Assembly: GCF_000143415.4 (NCBI RefSeq)
Contig: NW_003314295.1
Span: forward strand, 682,019-746,018
Length of the DNA: 64,000 nt
Source: Selaginella moellendorffii
Taxonomy: Eukaryota; Plantae; Lycopodiophyta
Direction of reading: 5' to 3'
The translations under genes and the position numbers were made by a program. The notes under the pieces are model-generated. The model was not told where the DNA came from, made no database searches, and saw only the letters and a program-made list of their open reading frames with translations. Within the stretch, counting starts at the first letter, position 1. Every line of letters starts with the position of its first letter. Positions 48,244 through 60,417 of the stretch are shown here, piece after piece.

Positions 48244-50598
48244 ATGGAAGCCTCATGTCAGTCAGAAAACTCGCTACCCGTAGATGCTGCTGTTTCGAGC
48301 GCCGGTGTACGAGTCAGACATTCTGGACACTTGATCGACCCAACAAGGCAAGTTCGCTGTCTTTTGCTTCATTCTTTTTGTTCTGATTGTTTTTCGTGGC
48401 AGATGCAGATGTTGGCCAAAATGGATCAATGGAGTTTTGTGGAACTGGAGCTAAGGAACAACCATTGCGGAATACAGCTGAAGGTAAACGTTTTGCTCAC
48501 CGCTCTCAAAGCATCCAGTAACTCCAAGGAGCTGGAACTTGGTAAGGCCCTTCATTTGAATGGCATTGGCAGCGGACACTACTCAAATCCTTACGTAACT
48601 AACAGCCTGGTCAACATGTATGCCAAGTGTGGGAGCCTGGTCGATGCGAAGCAGGTCTTCGACAGCATGCAAGCTCGAGATGCGGCAACTTGGAATAGTC
48701 TCATCAAGGGATACGTGATGAATGGAAAGAGCGAGATGGCCTGGGAGCTCTTTTCGAAAATGGACTGTGCACCCGACGACTTGACGTTTGTAGCTGCCGC
48801 AACGGCATGCGCGAGCTTGGCGGCGAGTGAACGGGGGAGGAATTTTGGTACAGGAACAGTGAAAGTGAACAGTCTGGAGAGGGGAATGGCTCTTCACTCA
48901 CAGGCTGAAAAGTCCGGTTATGGCTCCAGGATCTTCTTGACAAGTACACTGGTTGATATGTACGCCAAGTGTGGGAGTATGGTGGATTCCCGTGCGACTT
49001 TCGACAGGATGGTATCTCACGACGTCGTCTCGTGGAATTCTCTGATCCTGGGCTACGTAGAGAACGGGGAAGTCGAGCTGGCTTTGGGAGTTTTCGAGAG
49101 CATGGACCTCGAACGGGACTCTCAGGCTTACGTCGCTGCTCTAGTGGCATGTGCGAGCCTGGCAGACAAGGAAACAGCGGTGGTGGTCGACGGGAAGCCT
49201 GTGAAACAGAAATGCCTGGAGAGAGGACGGGACTTACACTCTCGAGCTGCAAGCTCTGGATATGACAGGGACAGCTACGTAGCAGGGACTCTGATTGACA
49301 TGTATGCCAAGTGCGGGAGCATGGACGACTCGCAGCGCGTCTTCGACAAGAGCCATCGTCAGGATGCAGTGTTGTGGAACACACTCGTGCTGGGATACGC
49401 TGAAAACGGCCAGCCTGAGAAAGCTGTGGAGGCTTTTGACGCAATGGAAGCCAGTGGCTGCAAGCCAAACATCCGCAGCTTCATATCCGCGCTGGTGGCT
49501 TGCGGGAGTTTGGCCTCGCAGGAGCAGCAAGGCAGCAGCAACATCAACCTGACAATGCCGCTGAACCTCCGGTGTCTGGACAAGGTCATGTCTCTTCACT
49601 CTCGGGTAACCAGGGAGGAAGGCGAGTGCCAGATCTTCTTCGGCAACACGCTGGTGGATGCGTACGCCAAGTGCGGCAGCATGCTCGACTCCCGGAGAGT
49701 ATTCGATCGGATGCAGCGCCACGACGTGGTTTCCTGGACGGCGCTCATACTCGGCTACAGCGACAACGGACTCAACGGCCTGGCCGTGGACCTCTTCTTC
49801 CGGATGACGACCACGAGCACCACCGGGGCCATCACTCCTTTGGCTAGCAGCGACGAACACGTCGATACCTCCTGGCCGAGACCAAACGCGCGGACGTTCG
49901 TGGCGGTGCTCATCGCTTGCACCCGGCTGGGGGCGCTGGAGGTCGGGCGGAGGATCCACTCGCAGGCCCGAGACGCCGGCTTCCACACGGACGCCTTCCT
50001 CGCCAACACGCTGGTGGACTTCTACGCAAAGTGTGGCTGCATGGACGAGGCCGAGGCGGTCTTCTCCGCGCTCGAGAGCAAGAGCCTGGTGGCATGGAGC
50101 GCGCTCATCTCCGGCTATAGCTGCCACGGCTCCACGGACGAGGCGTTTGCGGCGCTGGAGAAGATGCGTGCCAGCGGCATACCGCCAGACGGCGTCACCT
50201 TCCTGTCCGTTCTCACAGCGTGCAGCCACGGCGGCCTGGTGGAGAAAGGGCTGTCCTACTTCGAATCGATGGCGCCGCGGTATGGCGTGACTCCGGGCGT
50301 GGAGCACTACCATTGCGTGGTGGACATGCTGGGGCGGGCCAACCGGGTGGTGGAGGCAGTGAAGCTGGCCAAGGAGATGCCGTTTGAGGCGACGGTGGTA
50401 ACTTGGACGACGGTGCTGGGGGCGTGCCACAAGTGGGGAAATGCGGTGCTGGGGAAGCTCGCGTTTGATCGGGTGGTGGCACTGGATGCACGGGCCGAGT
50501 CTGCGTACGTGCTCATGGGGAATATCTATGGGGGCCTGGGGCTGAGGAGGGAACAAGAGGAGATTGGGGCCATGAGGGACAAAGCAATGTTTAGCTAG
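48244..50598 (+). CDS. PLS-class PPR protein with E domain, paralogue of 26212-28725
   Basis: LVxMYAKCGS repeats, HYHCVVDMLGRAN, VTWTTVLGAC; same inserted GKxVKxxxLERG segments. True start may be downstream. Confidence 0.93.
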   Translation: MEASCQSENSLPVDAAVSSAGVRVRHSGHLIDPTRQVRCLLLHSFCSDCFSWQMQMLAKMDQWSFVELELRNNHCGIQLKVNVLLTALKASSNSKELELGKALHLNGIGSGHYSNPYVTNSLVNMYAKCGSLVDAKQVFDSMQARDAATWNSLIKGYVMNGKSEMAWELFSKMDCAPDDLTFVAAATACASLAASERGRNFGTGTVKVNSLERGMALHSQAEKSGYGSRIFLTSTLVDMYAKCGSMVDSRATFDRMVSHDVVSWNSLILGYVENGEVELALGVFESMDLERDSQAYVAALVACASLADKETAVVVDGKPVKQKCLERGRDLHSRAASSGYDRDSYVAGTLIDMYAKCGSMDDSQRVFDKSHRQDAVLWNTLVLGYAENGQPEKAVEAFDAMEASGCKPNIRSFISALVACGSLASQEQQGSSNINLTMPLNLRCLDKVMSLHSRVTREEGECQIFFGNTLVDAYAKCGSMLDSRRVFDRMQRHDVVSWTALILGYSDNGLNGLAVDLFFRMTTTSTTGAITPLASSDEHVDTSWPRPNARTFVAVLIACTRLGALEVGRRIHSQARDAGFHTDAFLANTLVDFYAKCGCMDEAEAVFSALESKSLVAWSALISGYSCHGSTDEAFAALEKMRASGIPPDGVTFLSVLTACSHGGLVEKGLSYFESMAPRYGVTPGVEHYHCVVDMLGRANRVVEAVKLAKEMPFEATVVTWTTVLGACHKWGNAVLGKLAFDRVVALDARAESAYVLMGNIYGGLGLRREQEEIGAMRDKAMFS

Positions 50599-52329
50599 CT
50601 GTGGGCCACATGGGGTAACCTCTTTGTGTTTTAGCTTGTTTGCATTTGCATGGCACTCAGGCCATATTGTTGATGGTTGCATCTCTGGGAGTTAAAGCTC
50701 ATGGCAAATGCCTTAAAAGTATGCACCACTGTAGAATTTGCCCAAATGGGGCAAATGCTGCAAGCATTCCCACTTAGATTTCGTTGAAACACAATGAGTA
50801 TATATTGATCTTTGATCACTCCTTGTCTACCATGCTGACATTGTTGTTAGAGGAAGCATGAAGAGGATGTCACATAGACTCCAGAATTTTGAGAAAAATT
50901 TCTTATGCACATTTTAGCATAATTGGGATTTTTTTTTGACATAAATGATAATTAATGATTTGGAAAGATGGAAAAAAAATTCAAGAAAAATGTCTTTTTT
51001 AACAATTAAAATTCTCAATTTTTTATGGCCAAAAAAAATATCAATGAAATTCTCACAATGTCATTTAAAATTTTTTCTCCTCCTTTATTAAAAGAGGTGA
51101 AAAGAAAATGAAAGTGGATCCTAGCACAAAAGCTTTCTTTGGTGTTATTGATAAAAATAACATTTTGGCTTTTGTTGATTCATGGAGGTTACAATTATTT
51201 ATACACTTTATAATAAAATTTAACATTAATTTAATACTTTATGCATTATGTCATAAATAATAACATTTTAAAGATTGTGTCATAAAACCCTTTAACACCT
51301 TCATTTTAATTCCTTTTATATTGAATATTTTTGCAAAATGTTACAAAATATCAACAAATGACTTTTCTTGTGGTTGGGTAAATAAAACTAAGCAAATGTG
51401 AAAAACAATTACAAGAAATATTATTCATTTATAAATATAGAAATAATATATAATATAGAAAATATTATAATATAATAATATATATATAATTATAATAAAA
51501 ATGTTAAATTTAGTAACATATAATTATTTTTCTTATATAACCATATATAATTGTTCATGTGTTTTTCAATCATATCTAACAAAGATCATTCTTTCTATTG
51601 TATGGTAAATTTTAATTAAACATTTAAGCTTAAAGGTTTTTAAGAAATATAAAATATAGTTTTAAGCAAAAAATTTATATTGAGAACTTTCCTTTATGAT
51701 TGAAATCTAAAAAGAAAATAAAAGATATTTTCAAACTAAAATATTAAATTAATATTAATTTTAGAAAAATAATAAGAATAAGTTTTTAGTAAAATTAGTG
51801 GTAAAAGAGTTGATAAATATAGTTAAAAGTGATTAAAACATTATAAAATTGATAATTAAAATAAAAGTGATGATAATAATCAACATTCATTTACCTAAAA
51901 AATCATAAATTGATACTTCTTGATGCTTAGCTAGACATAGGAAAAATCTATTTCCCTTTTCAAGGAAAGATTAAATAGTAGCTCGCATAATTATAATTGA
52001 AACACATTTTACTTTTATTATAATGTTTTTAAAAAATTTAAATATCAAAATTTATTAAAGGTATTGAGGGTTTTAAAGAGGAATATGTTATGTAAAAAAT
52101 AATAACACTTAGATAAATATAGTGAATTTAAAATTTGTAATAAATTTCTTAAACTATAATTATGTTTCTCAAGAAAAAAAATAAATTATAGTCTTTTAAA
52201 ATTAAAATGTAAGTTTTGTAAGAAAGCACTATGTCTAAACGATTTTATTTGTATAGATAATTGGATTATTTTATATAGTGAAGATAGGGTAGATAAAGAA
52301 GAATTTAAAATAGTGTTTTTTTCAACAAC

Positions 52330-55300
52330 TATGAGTGCATGGAATATGAAAAGGGAATACAGAAATGTGCATATCCACTAGCTCAAAAGCCCTAGCTTAT
52401 ATACAGGAGCGAGTGGTCCAGATTGAAATCAATTCGACGGCTATCAAAATCCCACTACGCTAATATTAGTATACGGCATTGTAGCCATACACTTGGCCCT
52501 CACATCATCCCCTCCTCTCAGAATAATGGAAGACCATCAGAGTTCTCTTGTAGACGGGCCGGGATTTGGAGGAACATCAGGAGGAGGCATCGGCGGATCT
52601 GTAGGTGGTATTAACTGCTCTTAATCCCTTTGTATGAAGTGTTTCAACCGTTGCACATGCACAATTTTTGGAGGATCGACCTACTGGACGTTATGCCAAA
52701 CCTCATAAACTTGTCATTCAACTTGCCGCAACACCCGATACGGTCCTTTCCACTGTGCAAGGAGCCCCTTAGATAAACCACGTACCGTAAGATGGGGAAA
52801 ATGGACTAACACCAAATCATCCACGTTGTATTCTGCAGATGGACGATGATGGGAGTTGTATTGCCATTGTTGTCCCACTTGTACGCGGCCTAAGTGTTCG
52901 GTAGACTCCGCTCGGACAAGTGGAAGAATACTCGTCAAATACTAATCCCATGATCTAGCATCCGCAGCTCATGGCAATCGCGAAGGTAAGCCTAGCTTCA
53001 TTGGTAATATTGGATCATGACCATATAGGAGTTTATATGGTGAAGCACCAACAGAACTCTGCACCCCTGTGACATATGCATACCGAAGAGACAGCAAATA
53101 ACCATCTCAATCCGAATGCTGAAAGTTCATATACTTCGCAATCATCCCCTTGAATGTCCGAATGAGCCGTTCCACCAGACCGTCTGATTGTGGATGATAA
53201 GCACTCGTGAAAGTGTGGCGTATCCCCAACCGAGTCAAAACATGAAATGCCTTAGCCATAAATGCAGGACCATTATCCGAAAGAATCCGCTTTGGACAAG
53301 AATGCTGGAACACCACTCGATTGAGGAGGAAGTATCCAACAGAAGTTGCAAAGGCGCTAGCAAGAGCACCAACTTCCACCTAATAAGTCAAGTAGTCAGA
53401 AGCAATAATAACATATTCATTGCCAGCAGTTGACTGTGGAAAAGGTCCTATAAGATCAAATGCCACCAACTCAAATGGACGGGAAACTGCAATTGACTCC
53501 AACCGTCCTTCCGCAGCCTGAGGGGGAGTATTACGAGCTTGGCACCAAACGCAGCTACGCACATACCGGATAATATCACGTCGCATCTTCGGCCAATAGA
53601 AAGACCTGCGCAGCTTCTCGGTTACACAACGATGTCCCATATGCCCACCTAGAACAGGAGAATCATGGTAGGCATGAAGAAACCGCAGAATAAAGATAGA
53701 AGGCACCACTAGCTGTAAATGATCATCAGGATCTGTCCCTACAAAATAAAGAAGGCCGTCTTCAAGGCGATATTGAGAATGTAAATGCTGGAAAGGCAAG
53801 TCATCAGCAAGTGATGCAGGATTCTCAAACCCATCTCGAAGCCTTCGAATCCATGGCTCAATCTTTTGAGCCTCGCGAACCTCATCAAAAGAAGGTAGAT
53901 CTTGCTTTGCACTTTGTGGACACTAAACGTCAAGTACAGCAACCGCCGATGGCACAGAATCATCGTCTAGAAAATCCACAAAGGCTGGAACAACAAGCTC
54001 ATCAGAAACATGAAAAGAGAATGAAAAAGGAAGAGGAGCTCGAGAAAGGGCATCAGCATCAGCCATAGAACTCCCTAGGCGATAAACAACATTAAAATCA
54101 TATATCTGAAGCTTCAAAGCCCATTAAGCAGAATGACCAACCAAGTTCTTCCGCTTCAATAATGAAGTAACAGCAGCATAATCACCTTCAAGTAAAGTTC
54201 GAGAACCATGTAGATATGCATGAACTTTCTCGAAACCCCAAACTGTTACTAAACACTCCTTCTCTGTTGTGGAGTAGTTCATTTCCGCTGGTTGTAATGT
54301 ACGGCTTATATACGCAATGGGATGGTGCTGACCAAACACACTCGAGCTCTCTTGCATCAACACATCTCCAAGACTAATATCAGAAGCATCTACGCGCAAA
54401 ATAAAAGGTTAAATGTAGTCAGGATATGCCAAAACCGGAGGAGTCGTCAACAGCTCTATGAGATCCCCAAACGCCCGCTCACAATCTGGAGACCAAAAGA
54501 AAGATGATGTTGATGACTTTAGCAACACTCGCAATAGTGCAGTGCGATCAGAAAGATGATCCACAAAACGACCGAGATACTGCACCTTGCCCAAGAAGTG
54601 TTGCACATCATTCACACACTTCGGAGTACGGAACTTTAGAACAGCCACAAGTTTGTCAGGATCAACTTGCAAACCCTCACGAGAAATACGGTACCCAAGA
54701 TAAGTTGTATCCTTGGACCCAAACACGCACTTCGACCGCTTCAACTTTAAACCAACGTCGTGTAGCCGATCCAACACTTTACACACATCACGAATATGCT
54801 CCTCCCACGTCCCCTCCGAGTGAATCAAGACATCATCAATGAAGTCAGCAGTCACCTCTGGCATATCACAAAGAACTTCGTCCATCATCTGCTGGAAAGT
54901 TTCTGGAGCATTGTTTAAACCAAACGCATCACCAAGAACTCGCATAAACCAAACAATGTACGAAAAGCAGTCTTAGGAATATCTTCTTCGGCCATCGGTA
55001 CTTACTAGTACCCAAAAACAAGATCTAGCTTGGTGAACCAACGACTTCACCCTAGACAATCCAAGAAATCAGCAATGTGAGGAAGAGGGTACACATCCGG
55101 GATCGTCACTTCGTTTAACGGACGATAGTCGATGCAAAAACGAATACTCCCATCAGGTTTCATCACAAGATGAGGTTCACATGCCTAAAGACTCCGCGAC
55201 TTCCGAATAACACCCTTCTCCAACATCTCCTTGACGTTTGCATGTAAAATCTTGATCTCCTTGGGTGACCGACGACGAACAGGAACCTTGATTGGACAAG

Positions 55301-57334
55301 CATCCCCAGTGGGAATCGGATGACGTGCGGCAATCTTGGCCCAGATGATAGGTCAAATTCAAAGAGATCAAAATACTCCTTCATGAGCCAGTCAACAGCT
55401 GCAACACAAAGATCATCGGAGGGATCGGAAAAGGGAAGAGCAAAACAAGATGGAAACACAGGAGGAAATAGTGGGGGAACAAAAATAATGGAAGAAGAGG
55501 TAGAAGTAAAGGGACGAAGAGGTACAGAAGTGAGAGGAATGGATGAAACATAAGGAAGTATGAGATAAGGGGGAGAAGCCTCAAAGTCACACTTAGCATG
55601 ATTGTGCTGCAACCAATCCATACCAAAAATGAGGTCAAAAGCTTGACTCGGCACCACTTGCAATAACTGCAACTCAAGCTCGAGATCACCCACACGCACA
55701 ACCAGGTCTGCCTCATCCTGTGCACATGCATGTGTACGGTCGTTGCCATAAAGAATGAAAATTGGTTTTGCCACATGACGCAAGTGTAGACAACAACGTA
55801 TGGCAACAAGTCGAGCAATAGAAGATAAACTTGAACATGTATCAACCAACATGGAGAGAATAATAGGAGACCTTTTGTTATAAAAACGAGCTTGGAAAGT
55901 AAACAGTGGATGAACTGGTGCCGAGTGAACCCTTTGATGATACTCCCAAAAGAAAGATGAAAGGATCACTAACTTATTTGCACAAGGTCCCTCCGTTACT
56001 TGCGCGACTCCTCGTTTCCCAGATGCATCTCGATGTCCAAACCTTCCACTACAGCAGCACTAACGGGACGTTTCTCATGCCAAGGTCTCCACCCAGGAAA
56101 TGGAAGTCGCCAATCTAGAAAACGCAGACAACGGCGATAAGTATGACCAACTTCATCACACGCCTAGCAGTAAACATCACGGCCACGACCACGTCCTCGC
56201 CCTTGTCCTTGGACTCGAGCAGCAGCAACATCAACCTCCATTGGAACAGGACCATCACCCATAGAAAGTGGAGCTAAAGGACGTGCAGTGAGAAGTGGAA
56301 GAGGCGACATTTCATAATGTTGTGCCAAGCGAAGAGCACCGTCAAGGGTGGTGGGAGCAAGTGCATGCACAAGTCCGATAAAATCTTGACGAAGTGCTAG
56401 CCACAACATTCCTAGCTTGATCCGCTCCGACATATTGGGCTCCACACGAAGCAAAAGACTTTGGAAACGAACGCCAAATTGCATCACTGACTCAGATGGC
56501 CTTTGGCGAAGACGATGCAATTGTTGAAAGGCATCATCATAATCATCGGCATGGCCGAACGCGCGTTTGAAGACATCCGGGAGAACACTCCAATCCCCAC
56601 GAGTGGTTGCACTCAAACCATTGTACCACTACAATGCCATCCCTTGGAGACACGTGGGAAACTCACGCAAACGTTGAGCATCATCCCAAGAATGATATGT
56701 GGCAATCACTGTGAAGTGATTGAATAAATGGTACACATCATCCCCATGATTCCCGCAAAAGAACTTCGGCCAAATGTGAGGATTAGCACCTAGAGGAGGG
56801 GGAGTTGTACCACGTGCCATGAATGCCGCCATCAATTGAGTTTGGTTGTCCAATTGCAAGCATATAGCATCAAGCAATTGGATCAACTGCTACTTTAGAG
56901 TCAAAGGAGGAGATTGTTGATCTGCCATGAAGATGAACGAAAAGAAAGAGCAAAAGAAGAGAAATAACAAAAAGTTAGAAGGAAATAATAGATCTAGACA
57001 ATGCAAAAAGCTAAATCTAAACCAAAATCCTGAAAGGGAAAAACAAAATAAAGGAAATGGAAAAAGCTAGATCTAAACAATGCAAAAGCTAAATCTAAAC
57101 CAAAATCCCAAATACAAGCACTCCTTAAGGACAATCAAAGGTGCCCCTCACCTCCACCAATGTGAGTGCTTGGAATATGGAAAGGGAATATAGAAAATAT
57201 GCATATCAATTAGCCCAAAAACCTTAGTTTATATACAAGAGCGAGTGGTCCAAATTGAAACCAATCCGACGGCTACCAAAATCCCACTACGCTAATATTA
57301 GTATGTGGTAATAGCTGTACACTTGGCCCTCACA
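52330..57334 (-). mobile_element. Full-length degenerate Ty3/gypsy element (copy 2, inverted relative to copy 1)
   Basis: LTRs 57161-57334 (5') and 52330-52504 (3'); PBS tggtggaggtgagggg; PPT gagaggaggggatga; colinear with 30594-35597. Confidence 0.93.
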
Positions 57335-57528
57335 AATCTATATTTTTCCTACTATATCCTTTTATAGGTAAACATTATTAGAAAGGATAAATCACTAATA
57401 TTATAGAGAATGATAAATCTATAGAAAGAAAAAAAATAAAGAAAGAAGAAAGAAAAAATATAAAGAGAAAAGAGAGAGTGGGACTAAAATCTAAACCTAG
57501 TAAAATGGATCCTAACCTTAGAGTATAT

Positions 57529-57723
57529 TGTAAGCAACCAAAGGGAACGACTCGAGAGACGATCCGTTGGGGTTCAAATATAGAGGGAAAGGGCCCATGA
57601 ATAAGAGTGCACCCCCTTTTCCAATCGGTTAAGGGTCTTGGGATAGTTGGAGTTAAGCGTCCTTGGGTTTGAATAGTACTGGGCTGGGTGACCTCCCGGG
57701 AAGTCCAAACTCAGGAGCTTACA
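57529..57723 (+). mobile_element. Solo LTR (195 bp) containing a 5S rRNA-derived segment (Cassandra-like)
   Basis: Termini tgtaagc...gcttaca (7-bp inverted repeat); 5-bp TSD tatat on both sides; 57651-57706 matches the box A-IE-box C half of plant 5S rRNA. Confidence 0.92.
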
Positions 57724-58117
57724 TATATATAACTTCATGCTATAAGTACCTTTTGCAAAGCAATTTAAAATTCAAATGAAATAAAAGAAAAGGGGATGCA
57801 TTGTTTAAGGATGTGATTGAGAAGGTTACTCAATCAATGATATAATGTGCAATTTATAAATGTGTGAAAACATAATGTATGAAATTTTATTCAAAACATG
57901 TGTCAAACAGATCTATGTAAGACAACTGCCTACCAATGGCCCCATCTCATGGCCATCTATAGTCTCATAAATCTAATGTTTAAAGCATTATATTATCATC
58001 TCTTTTGTTTGATCTTTAAACAATATGTGAGACACAAAATCCCTAGGCCCCAAAGTGGAGCCGGAAGGGCGCCACATGGTAGTGGCCGAAGCGAGAGCCA
58101 AACGAGCGTAACACGTT

Positions 58118-58598
58118 TGGACCCGAGTTGGAGTCCGAAGTGGAGTCCGAGATGGACCCGAGATGGAGTCCGAGATGGAGTCCGAAGTGGAGTCCGAGGT
58201 GGACCTGAAATGGACCCGAGTTGGAGTCCGAAGTGGAGTCCGAGATGGACCCGAGATGGAGTCCGAGATGGAGTCCGAAGTGGAGTCCGAGGTGGACCCG
58301 AGATGGACCCGAGTTGGAGTCCGAAGTGGAGTCCGAGATGGACCCGAGATGGAGTCCGAGATGGAGTCCGAGATGGAATCCGAGATGGAGTCCGAGATGG
58401 ACCCGAGATGGACCCGAAATGGAGTCCGAGATGGAGTCCGAGGTGGACCCGAGATGGACCCGAGATGGAGTCCGAGATGGAGTCCGAGATGGACCCGAGA
58501 TGGAACCCGAGATGGAGTTCGAGATGGACCCGAGATGGACCCGAGATGGAGTCCGAGATGGAGTCCGAGATGGAGTCCGAAGTCGAGACCGAGACCGG

Positions 58599-58636
<38 letters not shown>

Positions 58637-58740
58637 TCGGGACCGAGACCGAGACCGAGGCCGAGGCCGAGACCGAGCCCGAGCCCGAGTTCGAGTCCGA
58701 ATCCGAGTCCGAGTCCGAGTCCGAGTCCGAGTCCGGAGCC
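58118..58740. repeat. Compound minisatellite: 11-12-bp units in a 93-bp higher-order repeat, then 6-bp units
   Basis: tggacccgagttgg recurs at 58118, 58211 and 58304; units ggagtccgagat/ggacccgagat, then gaccga and gagtcc arrays. Confidence 0.95.
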
Positions 58741-59775
58741 TGAGAGGGTGAAAGCCCAAAGCGTTCGTCTCCCAGACCCTGGGGGGTTTGGTGAGCTCCA
58801 AAAGTATAGTAGGGGGAGGACTGCAGTGGAGCCAGTTTGGCCAGGAAAGGCCAGTTTGGCCCAGGAAGGCCGGACCCAGTGTTGGGTGATGAGCTGCCCA
58901 CTGGGAAGTCCAAGACTAGAGTGAACACAGACCGACAAGCGGGGTAGCTTGGTGAAGTGTTCAAGAGCCGGCTCTAGTTCCCCCGGGAGATCGACTGGCC
59001 GATGCTCCCAGTCCAAGGTTGGGTGGCACTACCTACTTGGATACCTGGTGTGGCTCAACGGAACCCGCTCTAAGCCCATGGCTAGAGCACCCAAGGGCAG
59101 AAGGCGAGGAGAGTACCCAGGTGGCTCGCGTAAGGCCACGGTGTTCCGAAATGTTGTCCCAAAGGCCCAGACTGTGGAAAGGAAGAGGAGCAGTCCTCTG
59201 GGGTAGTGACCAAGGACACAGTCGTGTGGTGAGGAAGTCCCAGAGGACCGTAGGACTTAGTGGTCGGGCCTGTGGGTCTCGATCCAGTGGCAGTGTTGAC
59301 AAACACGGCCAGGGGCAAAAAGGGACTTAGTGGGGACTGACAGAGGGATATTGGGGAAGGCTATTCCCCTTGTCGGTGGGCATCCTAAGGATGCTAAGGA
59401 GTGGATCTGAGATGACCACTCACGGATGGTTTGCCTAGTCTTGGAGAGCCAAGACGGTGATGCAAGTGGTATTGGACTACCAGTGTGGCAAAGGTGATTG
59501 GGCATGGCCTTAGCGTAACGGGCTGCTATGTCGGTGGTACCTTTGAGTGTCGGTCATGGGATCGGACACGTGGAGCACTTGGACCAAGTGCAAATGTTGA
59601 GTGGCATGGATGCTATTCTCGGGGCTAGCAAGTCCCAAGTCCTGGATTGGACTTATGGAGGTTGTGAATGAGACTCCTCCAAGTGGTCAGAGGTGTGGTT
59701 AAGTGACTAAAGTAGAATGGAAAATTTAGTCGCTTACACAATACTATAACGAGTATGTATCCCTTTCTTGTACCA

Positions 59776-60417
59776 CTACTAAAGCTAGATGTTTTTATGT
59801 GCGGGAGGTTAATCCTTGAAGTAAATATCATTTCCTTCCTAATTTCTCCTAGCTTAAGCCATTCATTGTGTTAGCTGATAGACTTTTTCTAAGCAACCTC
59901 CCAAAATCTAGTAGATATTTATAACCAAAATGGTTAATTCTCAAAGCCATTATGATGAGAGCTCAAAATAGAACTTGAGATCATAATTATGATTTTGTGT
60001 TTCCTTAAATCCAATGGGGATCATCTCTCCCCAATAAACACCAATATTTCCTCGTCACTGCCTAAGAACACCAAGAATTAAATGGCTCTGCTCAAGTGAA
60101 CTTTTGCCATTACTAAAGCTGGATGTCTCTATGTGTGGGAAGTTAATCCTTGAAGTAAATATCATTTCTTTCCTAATTTCTCCTAGCTTAAACTATCCAT
60201 TGGGTTAGTTGATGGACTTTTTCTAAGCAACCTCCCAAGCTCTAGCAGATATTTGCCACCAGAATGGCTAACTCTCAAAACCATTAACTTAAGGATCATA
60301 AATATAATCTTGTGTTTCTTTATATCCAATGGGGATCATCTCTCACCAATGAACATTAATATTTCCTCATTACCGCCTAACAACACCAAGAATTAAGTGG
60401 CTCTGCTCAAGTGAATT
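59776..60417. repeat. Diverged tandem duplication of ~310-330 bp
   Basis: tactaaagct.gatgt...gttaatccttgaagtaaatatcattt...ggctctgctcaagtgaa occurs at ~59776-60100 and ~60110-60417. Confidence 0.9.

Noticed and set aside
24462-50598. Simple inverted segmental duplication of a P450+PPR unit
   Set aside because: Gene order is not mirrored and intervening genes are not duplicated; inversion between the retroelements explains the orientations better.
49234-50682. 482-aa minus-strand ORF
   Set aside because: Antisense shadow of the PPR at 48244-50598.
50880-52329. Extremely AT-rich tract
   Set aside because: No termini, periodicity or ORFs that I can support.
57651-57706. Functional 5S rRNA gene
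   Set aside because: Only the internal ~56 nt is present, without the 5' part or terminal helix, and it sits inside an LTR with a TSD.
58118-58740. CRISPR-like array
   Set aside because: No unique spacers, eukaryotic context, no cas genes.
57898-59016. Long ORFs in all six frames
   Set aside because: Artefact of a stop-free minisatellite; products are low-complexity.
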